A DNA stretch of 64,000 nt from an uncultured bacterium (GCA_964607485.1 CAZSKP010000015.1:46198-110197); one strand, 5' to 3'; shown: positions 1 through 10,339, counted from the stretch's first letter. Program-made: numbers and translations. The notes: generated by a model from the letters alone, not told the origin.

Positions 1-363
1 TGCTCCTTCGAGAGTATTGCGGCACGCATCGGCGATTTTCGTCAGCTCACCGCATCCCACGAAGGCGTCAACTTCGGGCATCTCCTTTGAGAGGTCTTCT
101 CCATAGCGCTGGTAGAGGCAGCCGGCGACTATCAACCCTCTGCACGAGCCCGCCTCCTTCATGCTGACCATCTCCAGTATGGACTCGATGGATTCCTCCG
201 CGGCGGGCTCGATGAACCCGCAGGTGTTAACGATTATCAGGTCGGCCTGCTGAGAGTTCGCGGCGACGCTGAATCCCTCGGCCACCAGAAAACCGAGCAT
301 AACCTCGGAGTCCACCTGGTTCTTCGCACATCCGAGGGTCTCTATCCATATTTTTTGTGACAA
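1..363 (-). CDS. rimO: Ribosomal protein S12 methylthiotransferase RimO, N-terminal part (runs off the window edge)
   Basis: Manual minus-strand translation from TTG at 363: LSQKIWIETLGCAKNQVDSE...ADLIIVNTCGFIEPAAEES...IVAGCLYQRY, the UPF0004 N-terminal motifs with RimO-type LGCxKNxVDSE and NTCGFI. Confidence 0.88.
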   Translation of the reverse strand, partial: MSQKIWIETLGCAKNQVDSEVMLGFLVAEGFSVAANSQQADLIIVNTCGFIEPAAEESIESILEMVSMKEAGSCRGLIVAGCLYQRYGEDLSKEMPEVDAFVGCGELTKIADACRNTLEGA

Positions 364-407
364 GGCTGCATCAACTCGCAGTAAGGGGTGGTCTGTTTCT
401 TTATACA

Positions 408-436
408 ACTATAACCACGGCATGAAAATAATTCAA
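408..436 (-). promoter_or_regulatory. sigma70-like promoter for rimO
   Basis: Minus strand TTGAAT-N17-TATAGT. Confidence 0.5.
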
Positions 437-518
437 TAGGAATCTGATGCGGACTGAAGCGGTTCGGCTGCGCTATTGGGTTGTGTTCGACCGGTTCCGG
501 TGAGAAAACCGTATCGGC

Positions 519-2831
519 CTAATCTCGATAGGCGCCGCGGGTGCGCAGGTAATCTTGCGCGACGAGTATCTCTCTCGCCTGACTGCCCTGAGACGGGCCC
601 ACGATGCCGTCGAGCTCCATCATGTCTATCAACCGTGCGGCCCGGGCGTAGCCGACGCGGAGTCGCCGCTGTATCATCGAGATGGACGCCTGCTGTGTGT
701 TGAGAACGAGCCGCACGGCGTCCTCGTAGAGCGGGTCGTCGTGGTCGTCGGTCGCTCTTGAATGACTGCTGACCACCTCGTCGAGCGCTTCCCGTTCCGG
801 GTCGAGGTATTCGGCCTCTCGTTGGGCCGTCAGGAACTCCACGATGCGGTTTATCTCGTGGTCCGTGATGTACACGCCCTGCGCCCTGATGGGCTTGGAC
901 AGGCCGGCAGGCAAGTACAGGAGGTCGCCGTTGCCTATCAGCTTCTCCGCGCCGTTCATGTCCAGAACCGTCCGCGAATCGACCCGCGAGGACACCTGGA
1001 ACGAGATGCGCGCCGGGAAGTTGGCCTTGATGACTCCCGTGATGACATCCACCGAGGGCCGCTGCGTAGCGAGCACGAGATGGATGCCGACCGCCCTCGC
1101 CAACTGTGCCAGCCGCATGATCGCGTCTTCCACCTCTATCGATGCCACCATCATCAGGTCGGCCAGTTCGTCTATGACGGTCACGATGTAAGGCAGCGGC
1201 TGAAGGAGCTGTTCTCCGAGAAACTCGCTCGAACCCAGCGGGGGAGAGACACCGCCGCTCACCTTCTGGTTGTACGATTCTATATTGCGGGCGCCCGCGC
1301 GAGCGAGCGTCTTGTAGCGGTCCTCCATCTCGTTGACGAGCCAGTGAAGATACTTTCCCGCCTCCTTCGGGTCGGTGATGACGGGCCAGAGCAGGTGCGG
1401 GATTCCGTTATACGGGCTGAGCTCGACCACTTTCGGGTCTATCATCATGAAGCGTACTTCCTCGGGTGTGCAATTGTAGAGGATGCTGGCGATGAGGGAG
1501 TTGACGCAGACCGTCTTGCCCGACCCGGTCGCGCCTGCGATGAGCAGGTGCGGCATGCCGGCCAGGTCGGCCACGAGCGGGTCGCCGGTGATCGTCTTCC
1601 CGAGCGAAATCGTGAGCTTCGAGCGCGAGTTGTGGAACTGCTCCGAGTCTATCACCTCGCGCAGGCACACGTCATCGCGCACCTTGTTGGGAACCTCGAT
1701 GCCGACCGCGGCCTTGCCGGGAATGGGCGCCTCGATTCGCACGCGGTAGGCCTCGAGTGCGAGCGCGAGGTCGTCGGACAGCGCGAGTATCTTGTTCACC
1801 TTGATCCCGGGCGCCAGCTTGAGCTCGAAGCGGGTGACGGCCGGGCCGCAGCTTATCTCCACCACCTGCGCCTCGATTCCAAACGTGGCAAGCGTGGATT
1901 CGAGCAGTTCGGACATTTCCGCGAGCGCTTGGCGGCGGTTCCTGTCGTTGCTGGCTTTCGGAGGATCGAGCAGCGACACCGGCGGCAGCTCGAATTCGCC
2001 CGCAGAGCGTCGGGGCGATTTGCTGACTTTCGCGCGGGCCGACGTTCGGCTTTTCAAGAGCTTCTTCGCAATGCTCGTTACCGGCTTCGCTCGTTTCGGC
2101 TCATTGATCTTGACTTCCTCGCGCTGGAGACCCTCCTGTGCAGCCGCGTCGCCTCTCTTTATGACGTATTCCCCCTTCTTGGTCATCTTCGGCGGCTTCT
2201 TCTTCAGCGCGATTGACAGGCCGCCGGGCAGTTTGGCATTGCCCGTGATGCCTTCATAGGCGAATCGGCCGACCTTCATAAGCATGGTAACCGACACCGC
2301 CCCCGCGATGGCCGCGAACGAAAAGAAGAGGAATTCGGTTGTAAGCAGAATGGATATCATGAAGAAGGTGAAGGCTACGACGCGGGCGCCTATCAGGCCG
2401 AACAGCCCCGCGAGGGCGTCGGAAACGTAGGGACCCATGACGCCCCCCGCGCTGAAGTAGCTCCCGGCGACCGTGAAATCGAACATGTGGGCGAGGCCGC
2501 TGACCGAAAGCAGCATCGTCACTAAGCCTATCAGCTTGAGGTAGATATCCTTGCCGGTCTTGCCCCAGAACGTGTTCCATGCCCATACCAGGAGGACGAG
2601 CGGAAGCAGATAGGCCGCTATTCCCACCGAGAACAACAGGCCCTCGGCCACGTTCGCGCCGACGACGCCGATCATGTTTTGCGCGGGCATATTGGGCGCG
2701 GAGGTGCGTGCGGACGTGTCCAGCGGGTTATACGACGCCAGACTCAGAAAGATCATTAACGCGAGACAGAGCAGCAGGAACCCCAATATCTCGCTTTTCA
2801 GGTTCGTCCTCAGCTTGGCCAGCGTTTGCAT
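519..2831 (-). CDS. ftsK: DNA translocase FtsK/SpoIIIE
   Basis: N-terminal TM helices, HLLIAGATGSGKT Walker A, VIDELADLMM, LATQRPSVDVITG, C-terminal gamma domain SMIQRRLRVGYARAARLID. Confidence 0.97.
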   Translation of the reverse strand: MQTLAKLRTNLKSEILGFLLLCLALMIFLSLASYNPLDTSARTSAPNMPAQNMIGVVGANVAEGLLFSVGIAAYLLPLVLLVWAWNTFWGKTGKDIYLKLIGLVTMLLSVSGLAHMFDFTVAGSYFSAGGVMGPYVSDALAGLFGLIGARVVAFTFFMISILLTTEFLFFSFAAIAGAVSVTMLMKVGRFAYEGITGNAKLPGGLSIALKKKPPKMTKKGEYVIKRGDAAAQEGLQREEVKINEPKRAKPVTSIAKKLLKSRTSARAKVSKSPRRSAGEFELPPVSLLDPPKASNDRNRRQALAEMSELLESTLATFGIEAQVVEISCGPAVTRFELKLAPGIKVNKILALSDDLALALEAYRVRIEAPIPGKAAVGIEVPNKVRDDVCLREVIDSEQFHNSRSKLTISLGKTITGDPLVADLAGMPHLLIAGATGSGKTVCVNSLIASILYNCTPEEVRFMMIDPKVVELSPYNGIPHLLWPVITDPKEAGKYLHWLVNEMEDRYKTLARAGARNIESYNQKVSGGVSPPLGSSEFLGEQLLQPLPYIVTVIDELADLMMVASIEVEDAIMRLAQLARAVGIHLVLATQRPSVDVITGVIKANFPARISFQVSSRVDSRTVLDMNGAEKLIGNGDLLYLPAGLSKPIRAQGVYITDHEINRIVEFLTAQREAEYLDPEREALDEVVSSHSRATDDHDDPLYEDAVRLVLNTQQASISMIQRRLRVGYARAARLIDMMELDGIVGPSQGSQAREILVAQDYLRTRGAYRD

Positions 2832-2963
2832 GCGCCGATCACCCCTTTTTCACGCGTCCGTACCGGATTTCGTACTAGGAAACATAATAGCACAATATAA
2901 TGAGGTATGTCAAGGGAAATGGGCGCTAAAATGCGACATCTTGCGGTGTCAAGAGGCAGACCG

Positions 2964-3407
2964 TCAGACGCCCGTGTGGCCGAAGCCGCCGGGACCGCGG
3001 GGGGTGGGGTCGAGGTCGGATGTCTCCTCGAGGGCGACCGGGGCGACGGGGGCTATTATCAACTGCGCGATGCGGTCGCCGCGCTTGAGCGTGACCGGCT
3101 CGCGGCCGAGGTTGACGAGAATGACCTTGAGCTCGCCCCGGTAATCGGCGTCGATTGTGCCGGGCGCGTTGATAATGGTGAGTCCGTGGTTGGCCGCCAG
3201 CCCGCTCCGGGGACGCACCTGGCCTTCATAGCCGGGCGGGATGGCGAAGGCGAAGCCGGTCGGGACGAGCCCGGTCGAGCCGGGGGATATGCTGAGCGGC
3301 CCGTCGAGCGCCGCCATGAGGTCCAGCCCGGAGCTGTGTTCGCTCATCTTCTTCGGGAGCGGCAGGTCGGGATTATGCGGAAGTCGTTTTATTTTGACGG
3401 TAACCAT
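2964..3407 (-). CDS. dut: dUTP diphosphatase
   Basis: [43 protein letters not shown] motifs. Confidence 0.97.
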   Translation of the reverse strand: MVTVKIKRLPHNPDLPLPKKMSEHSSGLDLMAALDGPLSISPGSTGLVPTGFAFAIPPGYEGQVRPRSGLAANHGLTIINAPGTIDADYRGELKVILVNLGREPVTLKRGDRIAQLIIAPVAPVALEETSDLDPTPRGPGGFGHTGV

Positions 3408-3425
3408 GTCCGCAAAATTGGGTTA

Positions 3426-3536
3426 AAAGGGGAAAAGGGGAAAAACAACGACTCCGCAACTGAACATCATGAATCCCGAACTCTAAACCCTAAATCAATA
3501 TCCCCTTTCGCCCTTCGCCTTGCTCCTTTCGCCTTT
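3426..3536. repeat. Intergenic short degenerate tandem repeats (7-8-mers)
   Basis: AAAAGGGG x2 at about 3426-3445, AATCCCG/AACTCTA/AACCCTA at about 3473-3493, CCTTTCG/CCCTTCG/CCTTGCT/CCTTTCG/CCTTT at about 3504-3536; the purine and pyrimidine runs are partly complementary. Confidence 0.55.
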
Positions 3537-4775
3537 CTAAAGCTCCCGGAGGTCGAGCTTCTTGAGTGGGCCGAGGGCGACCACGTTGAGGACCTCATCC
3601 CGGAACAGTTCATGCGCGAGGTCTCTGATCTCGTCCGCGGTCACACTATCGATCTTGCGCATGATGGTCTGCAGGCCCTCGACGCGGTCGAGCGCGAGTA
3701 TCGAACGCGCCAGGCGCATCATGCGTCCCGACGTGCTTTCCAGCGACAGCACGATGTTGCCCTTGAGCTGTTCCTTTGCGCTCCTGAGCTCGTCGTCGGG
3801 GACCTTTCTCCTTTTCATTCTCGCCATCTCATCGAGGATGATATCAGAGGCCTTCTGCGTCTGCTTGGGGTTGAGCGCGGCGTACACGCCCAGCAGGCCC
3901 GTGTTTTCGTAGGAACTCAGAAACGTGTTGATCTGGTATGCCAGCCCCTCGTCCTCTCTCACGCGCTGATAGAGTCTCGAGGTCGAAGAGCCGCCGAGGA
4001 TGTTGGAGAGCAGGTTGAACGAATAGCGCTTGTCGTCGCTCGCGCTCACCCCGGGCACGCCGAGACAGAGGTGCACCTGCCCGATCCGACGGTGGAATAT
4101 CCTGTTGGCCGCCCGCACCTTGGGCGGCGGGTAAGCGTGCCGATTGTCCGATCCCCTCAGCCCGCCGAAGTGCTTTTCGCAGAGTTTTGTGAGCGATTCA
4201 TCTTTGAAGTGGCCGGCGGCTGCGATGAGCACGTTTGAGGGGACATACCAGCGATGGTAGTAATCCCTCACGACTCGCCGGTTCAGCCTGGACAGCGCGC
4301 GCTTTGAGCCCGTTATCGGAAAGCCGAGGGAATGTCTCCGCCACATGACCGAAGAGAGCAGGTCCACCACGTGTTCTTCAGGCGCGTCTATGTAAGATTG
4401 AATCTCTTCGGCGACGACGGCCTTTTCTTTTTCGAGGTCGCGGAACGTGGAATTGAGCAACACATCGGCCAGAATCTCCACGGCCACGTCGATGTGCGTA
4501 TCGAGGATTTTGGCGTACAGACACGTGTACTCGCGGCTGGTAAAGGCGTTGGCCGAGCCCCCCATGCCCTCGAGCAGCTCCATTATCTGGCGTGCGGTGC
4601 GGGTCTTTGTTCCCTTGAAGAACAGGTGCTCGAGCAGATGCGAGACCCCGTTGACCTCCGGGGTCTCGTTCACCGACCCCGCCCGGATCCATACACCGAG
4701 CGTCGCCGATTTGAAATGGGGTAGCCGCTCCGTTACGAGTTCGATTTTATTTGAGAGGCGGTGTCGTCTCAGCAA
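3537..4775 (-). CDS. M16 (pitrilysin/insulinase) family zinc peptidase
   Basis: GVSHLLEHLFFKGT (HxxEH), NAFTSREYT, SRLYQRVREDEGLAY; usual position downstream of pnp. Confidence 0.95.
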   Translation of the reverse strand: MLRRHRLSNKIELVTERLPHFKSATLGVWIRAGSVNETPEVNGVSHLLEHLFFKGTKTRTARQIMELLEGMGGSANAFTSREYTCLYAKILDTHIDVAVEILADVLLNSTFRDLEKEKAVVAEEIQSYIDAPEEHVVDLLSSVMWRRHSLGFPITGSKRALSRLNRRVVRDYYHRWYVPSNVLIAAAGHFKDESLTKLCEKHFGGLRGSDNRHAYPPPKVRAANRIFHRRIGQVHLCLGVPGVSASDDKRYSFNLLSNILGGSSTSRLYQRVREDEGLAYQINTFLSSYENTGLLGVYAALNPKQTQKASDIILDEMARMKRRKVPDDELRSAKEQLKGNIVLSLESTSGRMMRLARSILALDRVEGLQTIMRKIDSVTADEIRDLAHELFRDEVLNVVALGPLKKLDLREL

Positions 4776-4778
4776 TTC

Positions 4779-6887
4779 TCAATTTCCTGCGCCCACTTCT
4801 TTGTCGGCGGCCCGCTTGCTCAGGTTGATGCGGTTCTGTCGGTCTATCTCGATACACTTGACCGTCACGGTGTCGCCCTCTCTCAGGACGTCTTCGACCC
4901 GGCGGACGCGATGGTCGCTGAGCTCCGAGATGTGGACGAGGCCCTCCTTGCCGGGCAGAATCTCGACGAAAGCGCCGAATTTGAGAACGCGCTTGACCTT
5001 GCCGGTGTATATCTTGCCCACCTCGGCGTCCTCGACCAGTGCGCGTATCGTGTTGTACGCTTTCTCGCCCGCCTCCGAGTTCACGGCGGCGATGAGCACG
5101 CGCCCGTCGTCCTCCACGTTTATCTCAGCTCCGGTTTCGGCCACGATGCCGCGAATCACGCGTCCTCCCGGCCCGATGACGTCGCGAATCTTCTCGGGGT
5201 CAATGCGCATGTGGATTATCTTCGGGGCGTGCTTGGATATCTCGGCTCTCGGCGCCGCTATGGCCTCGAGCATTTTTTCGAGGATGAAGTTGCGGCCCTC
5301 GCGAGCCTGCTCGAGCGCCCGGGAGAGAATTTCCAGGTCGAGGCCCTCCGTCTTTATGTCGAGTTGAAAGCCGGTGATCCCGTTCTTGCTGCCGGCGACC
5401 TTGAAGTCCATGTCGCCGAGGTAGTCTTCGATTCCCAGGATGTCGCTCAAGATGACGGCCTCGCCGCCTTCCTGCACCAGCCCCATCGCGATCCCGGCGA
5501 CGGGCGCCTTGATGGCGACGCCGGCGTCCATAAGCGACAACGTAGCGCCGCAGACGGTCGCCATGGACGAGGAACCGTTGGATTCGAGGATGTCCGACAC
5601 CACGCGAATGGTATATGGAAATTCCTCGAACGAGGGCATCATGCTGACGAGCGAGCGTTCGGCGAGCGCGCCGTGGCCTATCTCGCGTCGTCCGGGGCCC
5701 CGGATGGGTCGTACCTCGCCGACGCTGTACGGCGGGAAATTGTAGTGGAGCATGAACGTCTTCTTGTATTCGCCGAAAAGCGAATCCATTATTTGCTCGT
5801 CGGTCGAGGTACCGAGCGTCGTCGCGACGAGGGCCTGAGTTTCTCCCCGCGTAAACAGCGACGAGCCGTGCACCCTCGGGAGCAGTCCGATCTCGCAACT
5901 TATCGGCCGGATCTCTTTCGGCCCTCGGCCGTCGGCCCTCAGTTTGTCTTTCAGTATCATGTTGCGGAGCAACTTCTTTTCGAGGCTGCCGAAAGCGGCT
6001 TTGATTTGGGCGACTTCCTCTTCTTTGGCGTCGGGAAAGCGCTTCATGGTCTCTTCGAGCAGATGGTCGGTTTGTTCGCGGCGCTTGAGCTTATCGGCAA
6101 CCCTGAATATTTCCATAAGCTTGGCGCTCGCGGATGACTCGACTTGCGCGATGATGTTCGCGTCGAGAACCACCTGCGGCGCAGGCAGCTTGAACTTGCC
6201 GCAGCGCGCCACCAGTTCCTCCTGCATCTTGATCGTGTCCTTGAGCATCTGATGGCCGAATTCGAGAGCGGCGATCATCGTCTCTTCATTGACTTCCTTG
6301 GCGCCTCCCTCGACCATCATTATTGCGTTCTTCGTGCCCGCAATCACGAGGTCGATGTCGCTCAGTTCGAGGTCTTTATAACTTGGGTTGACGACAAATT
6401 CGCCGTTGATTCTTCCCACTCTGACCGCGCCGATTATCTTCGTGAAGGGAATCTGCGAGATGGCCAGGGCCGCCGAAGCGCCTATTATCGACAACACGTC
6501 GGGGTCGTTTTCCTGGTCGTGCGAAATGACGGTCGCCATTATCTGCGTTTCGTTGAAGTAGCCGTCGGGGAACAGCGGTCTCAACGGCCTGTCGATGAGC
6601 CTGGAGGTCAGCGTCTCCTTCTCGCTGGGTCTTCCTTCTCGTTTGAAGAATCCGCCCGGAATCTTTCCCGCGGCGTACGTCTTCTCTCGATAATCGACGG
6701 TAAGCGGCAGGAAATCGATTCCCTCGCGGATGTCGGATGAAGCCACGGCGGTCACCAGGACGGCGGTATCGGCGTAAAATACACATGCGGCGCCATCGGC
6801 CTGCTTAGCCATGTGGCCGGTTTCAATTACCAGGTTGTGCCTTCCAAGCTTGGTTTCTACTTTCTCAATCATTACCGGTTTCTCCAT
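4779..6887 (-). CDS. pnp: Polyribonucleotide nucleotidyltransferase
   Basis: FLPLTVDYREK, GKIPGGFFKREGRP, RREIGHGALAER, SNGSSSMA, EDYLGDMDFKVAG, KH and S1 domains. Confidence 0.98.
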   Translation of the reverse strand: MEKPVMIEKVETKLGRHNLVIETGHMAKQADGAACVFYADTAVLVTAVASSDIREGIDFLPLTVDYREKTYAAGKIPGGFFKREGRPSEKETLTSRLIDRPLRPLFPDGYFNETQIMATVISHDQENDPDVLSIIGASAALAISQIPFTKIIGAVRVGRINGEFVVNPSYKDLELSDIDLVIAGTKNAIMMVEGGAKEVNEETMIAALEFGHQMLKDTIKMQEELVARCGKFKLPAPQVVLDANIIAQVESSASAKLMEIFRVADKLKRREQTDHLLEETMKRFPDAKEEEVAQIKAAFGSLEKKLLRNMILKDKLRADGRGPKEIRPISCEIGLLPRVHGSSLFTRGETQALVATTLGTSTDEQIMDSLFGEYKKTFMLHYNFPPYSVGEVRPIRGPGRREIGHGALAERSLVSMMPSFEEFPYTIRVVSDILESNGSSSMATVCGATLSLMDAGVAIKAPVAGIAMGLVQEGGEAVILSDILGIEDYLGDMDFKVAGSKNGITGFQLDIKTEGLDLEILSRALEQAREGRNFILEKMLEAIAAPRAEISKHAPKIIHMRIDPEKIRDVIGPGGRVIRGIVAETGAEINVEDDGRVLIAAVNSEAGEKAYNTIRALVEDAEVGKIYTGKVKRVLKFGAFVEILPGKEGLVHISELSDHRVRRVEDVLREGDTVTVKCIEIDRQNRINLSKRAADKEVGAGN

Positions 6888-6994
6888 TCTCAGTTCGGGT
6901 CATATTTATCTAAAGTCCGCATTGGACATGTTTCCCTTCCGGGCGGAATCGTTGCGTTTTCCTCGGCATGGATATGGCGGCGGAACGGGTCATG

Positions 6995-7264
6995 CTATTT
7001 CCGGAGGCCGAGGTCGCCGATGATTTTGCGGTAGCGTTCAATATCTTTTTGCTTCAGGTAGTTCAGAAGGCTGCGCCTTCGTCCGACCATCTTCAACAGG
7101 CCGCGGCGCGAATGGTGGTCCTTCTTGTGCGTCTCGAAGTGGTTGGTCAGCCCGTTAATGCGTTCGGTGAGCAGGGCGATCTGGACTTCCGGCGAGCCGG
7201 TGTCGCCGTCGTGAACTCGGTACTTGTTGATAATCCTGTGTTTTTCCTCTTTGGTGATCGTCAT
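6995..7264 (-). CDS. rpsO: 30S ribosomal protein S15
   Basis: [35 protein letters not shown]; start moved to ATG 7264 downstream of AAGGAGG. Confidence 0.98.
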   Translation of the reverse strand: MTITKEEKHRIINKYRVHDGDTGSPEVQIALLTERINGLTNHFETHKKDHHSRRGLLKMVGRRRSLLNYLKQKDIERYRKIIGDLGLRK

Positions 7265-7343
7265 CGATGTTTCTCCTCCTTTTTGGTGGTTTATCCCCAT
7301 TCCCAAGTGTGGCGTCGGAGTGTCGCCGACCTAGTGAATGGTT
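7265..7343 (-). ncRNA. Putative S15 ribosomal-protein leader (autoregulatory RNA)
   Basis: Minus strand AACCATTC-ACTAGGTC-GGCG-ACACTCCGA-CGCC-ACACTTGG-GAATGG-GGAT...AAGGAGG: nested stems ending just before the SD; resembles from memory the Firmicutes-type rpsO leader. Confidence 0.65.
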
Positions 7344-7363
7344 CCGAAGCTGCTCCGAGCGGG

Positions 7364-8548
7364 CTATCGATCGGTGAGAGCCTCGATTCCGGGGAGTTTC
7401 TTGCCCTCCAGAATCTCGAGCGATGCGCCGCCGCCCGTGGAAATGTGAGACATTTTGCCGGACAGGCCGAATTGAGTTATGGCAGCGGCGGTGTCTCCCC
7501 CTCCTATGACAGAGGTGGCATCGGAATCGGCCACGTACTGCGCAATCCTTCGTGTCCCCTCTGCAAACGGCTTCATCTCGAACGCGCCGAGCGGCCCGTT
7601 CCACACAACGGTTGCGGCGGCGTCGAGTTCGCGGCAAAACAGGTCGATGGTCTTCGGCCCAATGTCGAGCCCCATCCATCCAGCGTCGATGTCTTCTCCT
7701 TCCGTCACTTTGACGTTGGCGTTCTCGCTAAACTTTTCTGCGATTACATTATCGACAGGCAAGATGAACGCCTTCTTGAGACGCTTCGCCTTGTCTAAGG
7801 CCTCGCGGGCGACATCCATCTTGTCTTCTTCGAAAAGCGAATTTCCTATCGAGTGGCCCCGCGTTCGAAGGAACGTGTACGCCATGCCTCCGCCGATAAG
7901 AAACTTGTCGGCTTTGTCCATCAGGCTGTTTATCGCTCCGATCTTGTCCGATACCTTCGCGCCTCCGAGTATCGTCACGAACGGCCTGACGGGACTGTTG
8001 AGCACCCTCGAGAAATATTCGATCTCCTTCCCCATGAGGAGGCCCGCCACCGATTTGTCAACGAACCTGGTGATGCCCTCGGTCGAGGCGTGGGCGCGGT
8101 GGGCGGTCCCGAAGGCGTCGTTGACGTATATGTCGGCCAGCTTGGCCAACGCTTTGGCAAAATATTCGTCGTTCGCCTCTTCCTGCTCGTGGAAACGCAG
8201 GTTCTCGAGCAGAACGACGTCGCCCGGCTTCATGCCGGATACGGCTTTCTCGACGTCCTCTCCCACGCAGTCATCGACCTTCAGCACGGGCCTGCCCAGC
8301 AGTTCGCTCAGCCGCTTCGCCACGGGGTTCATCCGGAGTTTTTCCACCACCTTGCCCTTGGGACGGCCGAGATGGGACGCGAGTATGGCTTTTCCGTTGC
8401 GGTCGATGACGTAGCGTATCGTCGGGATGGTCTTGGATATCCGCGTGTCGTCCGAGACGCTCCCGTTCTCCAGGGGAACATTGAAATCGACGCGGATGAA
8501 GACCCTCTTGCCGTCGAGCGGAACATCTTTTATGGTAAGCTTGTTCAT
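7364..8548 (-). CDS. pgk: Phosphoglycerate kinase
   Basis: RVDFNVP, SHLGRPKG, LLENLRF, NDAFGTAHRAHAS, GGAKVSDKI, HISTGGGASLE. Confidence 0.98.
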   Translation of the reverse strand: MNKLTIKDVPLDGKRVFIRVDFNVPLENGSVSDDTRISKTIPTIRYVIDRNGKAILASHLGRPKGKVVEKLRMNPVAKRLSELLGRPVLKVDDCVGEDVEKAVSGMKPGDVVLLENLRFHEQEEANDEYFAKALAKLADIYVNDAFGTAHRAHASTEGITRFVDKSVAGLLMGKEIEYFSRVLNSPVRPFVTILGGAKVSDKIGAINSLMDKADKFLIGGGMAYTFLRTRGHSIGNSLFEEDKMDVAREALDKAKRLKKAFILPVDNVIAEKFSENANVKVTEGEDIDAGWMGLDIGPKTIDLFCRELDAAATVVWNGPLGAFEMKPFAEGTRRIAQYVADSDATSVIGGGDTAAAITQFGLSGKMSHISTGGGASLEILEGKKLPGIEALTDR

Positions 8549-8569
8549 TGACAGCTTTCACGTCATGCG

Positions 8570-9568
8570 CTAGCCGGCCATTCTTATAATCAGATCCACG
8601 CAGCGCTTCGAGTAGCCCCATTCGTTGTCGTACCAGGACACGACCTTGAACATCTTCGAGCCCATGGTCATGGTGAGTTGGGCGTCGAAAATGGACGAGT
8701 GCGGGTTTCCTATTATGTCGACCGACACCACCGGGTCCTCGCAGTATTCTATGATGCCCTTGTGCGTCGTCTCGGCCGCCTTCTTCATCACCCGGTTTAT
8801 CGCATCCACCGACACATCCTTTTTCGCTATCGCGACAAGGTCCGTCACCGAGGCGTCCTGAACGGGCACACGGAGCGCCATTCCGTCCAGCTTGCCGTTG
8901 AGCTCGGGAATCACCTTGCCCACCGCCTTGGCCGCGCCCGTAGTCGTGGGCACGATGGAAACGGCTGCCGAGCGTGCCCGCCTGAGGTCCTTGTGCGGCG
9001 CGTCAACAAGCCGCTGGTCGGCGGTGTATGCGTGCACCGTCGTTATCAGTCCCCACTCTATCGTGAACGCCTTGTTCAGCACATTCGCCATCGGGGCCAG
9101 ACAGTTGGTCGTGCACGACGCGTTGGAAACGATTGTATGCTCCGGCTTCAGCGCGACATCGTTCGCTCCGAGCACTATCATCGCGTCCACGTCGCCCTTC
9201 GGAGGAACGGTCAGCAGAACCTTCTTGGCGCCCGCCTTGACATGCTTTGCGCAGTCGTCGCGCTTGCGAAAGATGCCCGTGGATTCCACAACGACTTTTA
9301 CATCAAGGTCCTTCCACGGCAGTTTCGCCGGGTCGCGCTCGGCCAGCACCTTCACCTGCTTCTTGCCCACGACCAGTGCGCCGTCCTTGACTGAGACCTG
9401 TTCCGGGAACCGACGGTGGGTGGAATCGTATTTAAGAAGATGGGCCAGTGTAGAGGCATCGGTGATATCGTTGACGGCAACCACTTCGATTTCGGGGTGT
9501 TCGCGCGTGGCCCGATAAACCATGCGCCCTATTCGTCCAAATCCGTTGATTCCGACTCTGATGGCCAT
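8570..9568 (-). CDS. gap: Type I glyceraldehyde-3-phosphate dehydrogenase
   Basis: GINGFGRIGR, SNASCTTNCLAP, WYDNEWGYS; start at ATG 9568 after a GGGGA SD-like site. Confidence 0.98.
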   Translation of the reverse strand: MAIRVGINGFGRIGRMVYRATREHPEIEVVAVNDITDASTLAHLLKYDSTHRRFPEQVSVKDGALVVGKKQVKVLAERDPAKLPWKDLDVKVVVESTGIFRKRDDCAKHVKAGAKKVLLTVPPKGDVDAMIVLGANDVALKPEHTIVSNASCTTNCLAPMANVLNKAFTIEWGLITTVHAYTADQRLVDAPHKDLRRARSAAVSIVPTTTGAAKAVGKVIPELNGKLDGMALRVPVQDASVTDLVAIAKKDVSVDAINRVMKKAAETTHKGIIEYCEDPVVSVDIIGNPHSSIFDAQLTMTMGSKMFKVVSWYDNEWGYSKRCVDLIIRMAG

Positions 9569-9756
9569 CTTTTCCCCTTTCACTAGGTTTTTTCTGCCCA
9601 TAAACCTTCTAATATATCCAGCAATTATGTCACAAATGAAAAGAGAAGTCAATCGCCCCGGCGTGGGGGTTCAGCGGCGCTTCGGCGGAGTTGCTTCCTC
9701 AAACGAAGAGTGTTGCGGTTTCCTGCGATGGCCTGCGAAGGTGTAGGGAGATGATT

Positions 9757-10188
9757 TCAGCGGCGTCGTTGCGAGCCGGCCTGCAGCCGTCTGTTCATCA
9801 TGGCGACCCGGCCCGCCATGGCCCATGAGCCGGCGGTTATGCCCGTGTGGGCGTGAGGCGCCTCGGATTTCTGTTCCGATTCCATGGCAATTGCGATGGC
9901 GGCTCCTATGACGGCGACCATTTCTTCCTCGCCCGCCTCCCGCTCGTGTATTTCGGCCAGGCCGGCGGCCGGCGTTTCCACTTTATGTTTTTGCGCGCCT
10001 CTCGCCTCCTGCCGTGCGACGATTCGTGAGACGATCGCGCCGAGCAGTTGCATCGCGATCAGCAAAATCGCGAGCACGATGAACACTCCCACAAACCGAA
10101 TGAGCAGGGTGCTCATTATGAAGCCCCACGGCAGCTCGACGGCTCTTTGGATCAGCTCTTGCACGGGCACCTCGCGCGTACGCGTCAA
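9757..10188 (-). CDS. OadG/MmdD-like small membrane subunit of Na+-translocating decarboxylase (start uncertain)
   Basis: Single N-terminal TM (GVFIVLAILL), linker, EEMVAVIGAAIA helix and C-terminal SWAMAGR motif. Confidence 0.6.
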   Translation of the reverse strand: MTRTREVPVQELIQRAVELPWGFIMSTLLIRFVGVFIVLAILLIAMQLLGAIVSRIVARQEARGAQKHKVETPAAGLAEIHEREAGEEEMVAVIGAAIAIAMESEQKSEAPHAHTGITAGSWAMAGRVAMMNRRLQAGSQRRR

Positions 10189-10339
10189 GAAGCGCGGTTT
10201 TCACACATTTGCGCCAACGACGCCTATTATACAAATTCTGGGGAAAAAATCAACTCGACGGCGGCAGGTCGGGGAAATTAAGCAATACAAAAGATACATT
10301 CGCGGGAGGCATTGGAGCGACGAGAGGACATCTTCTTCC

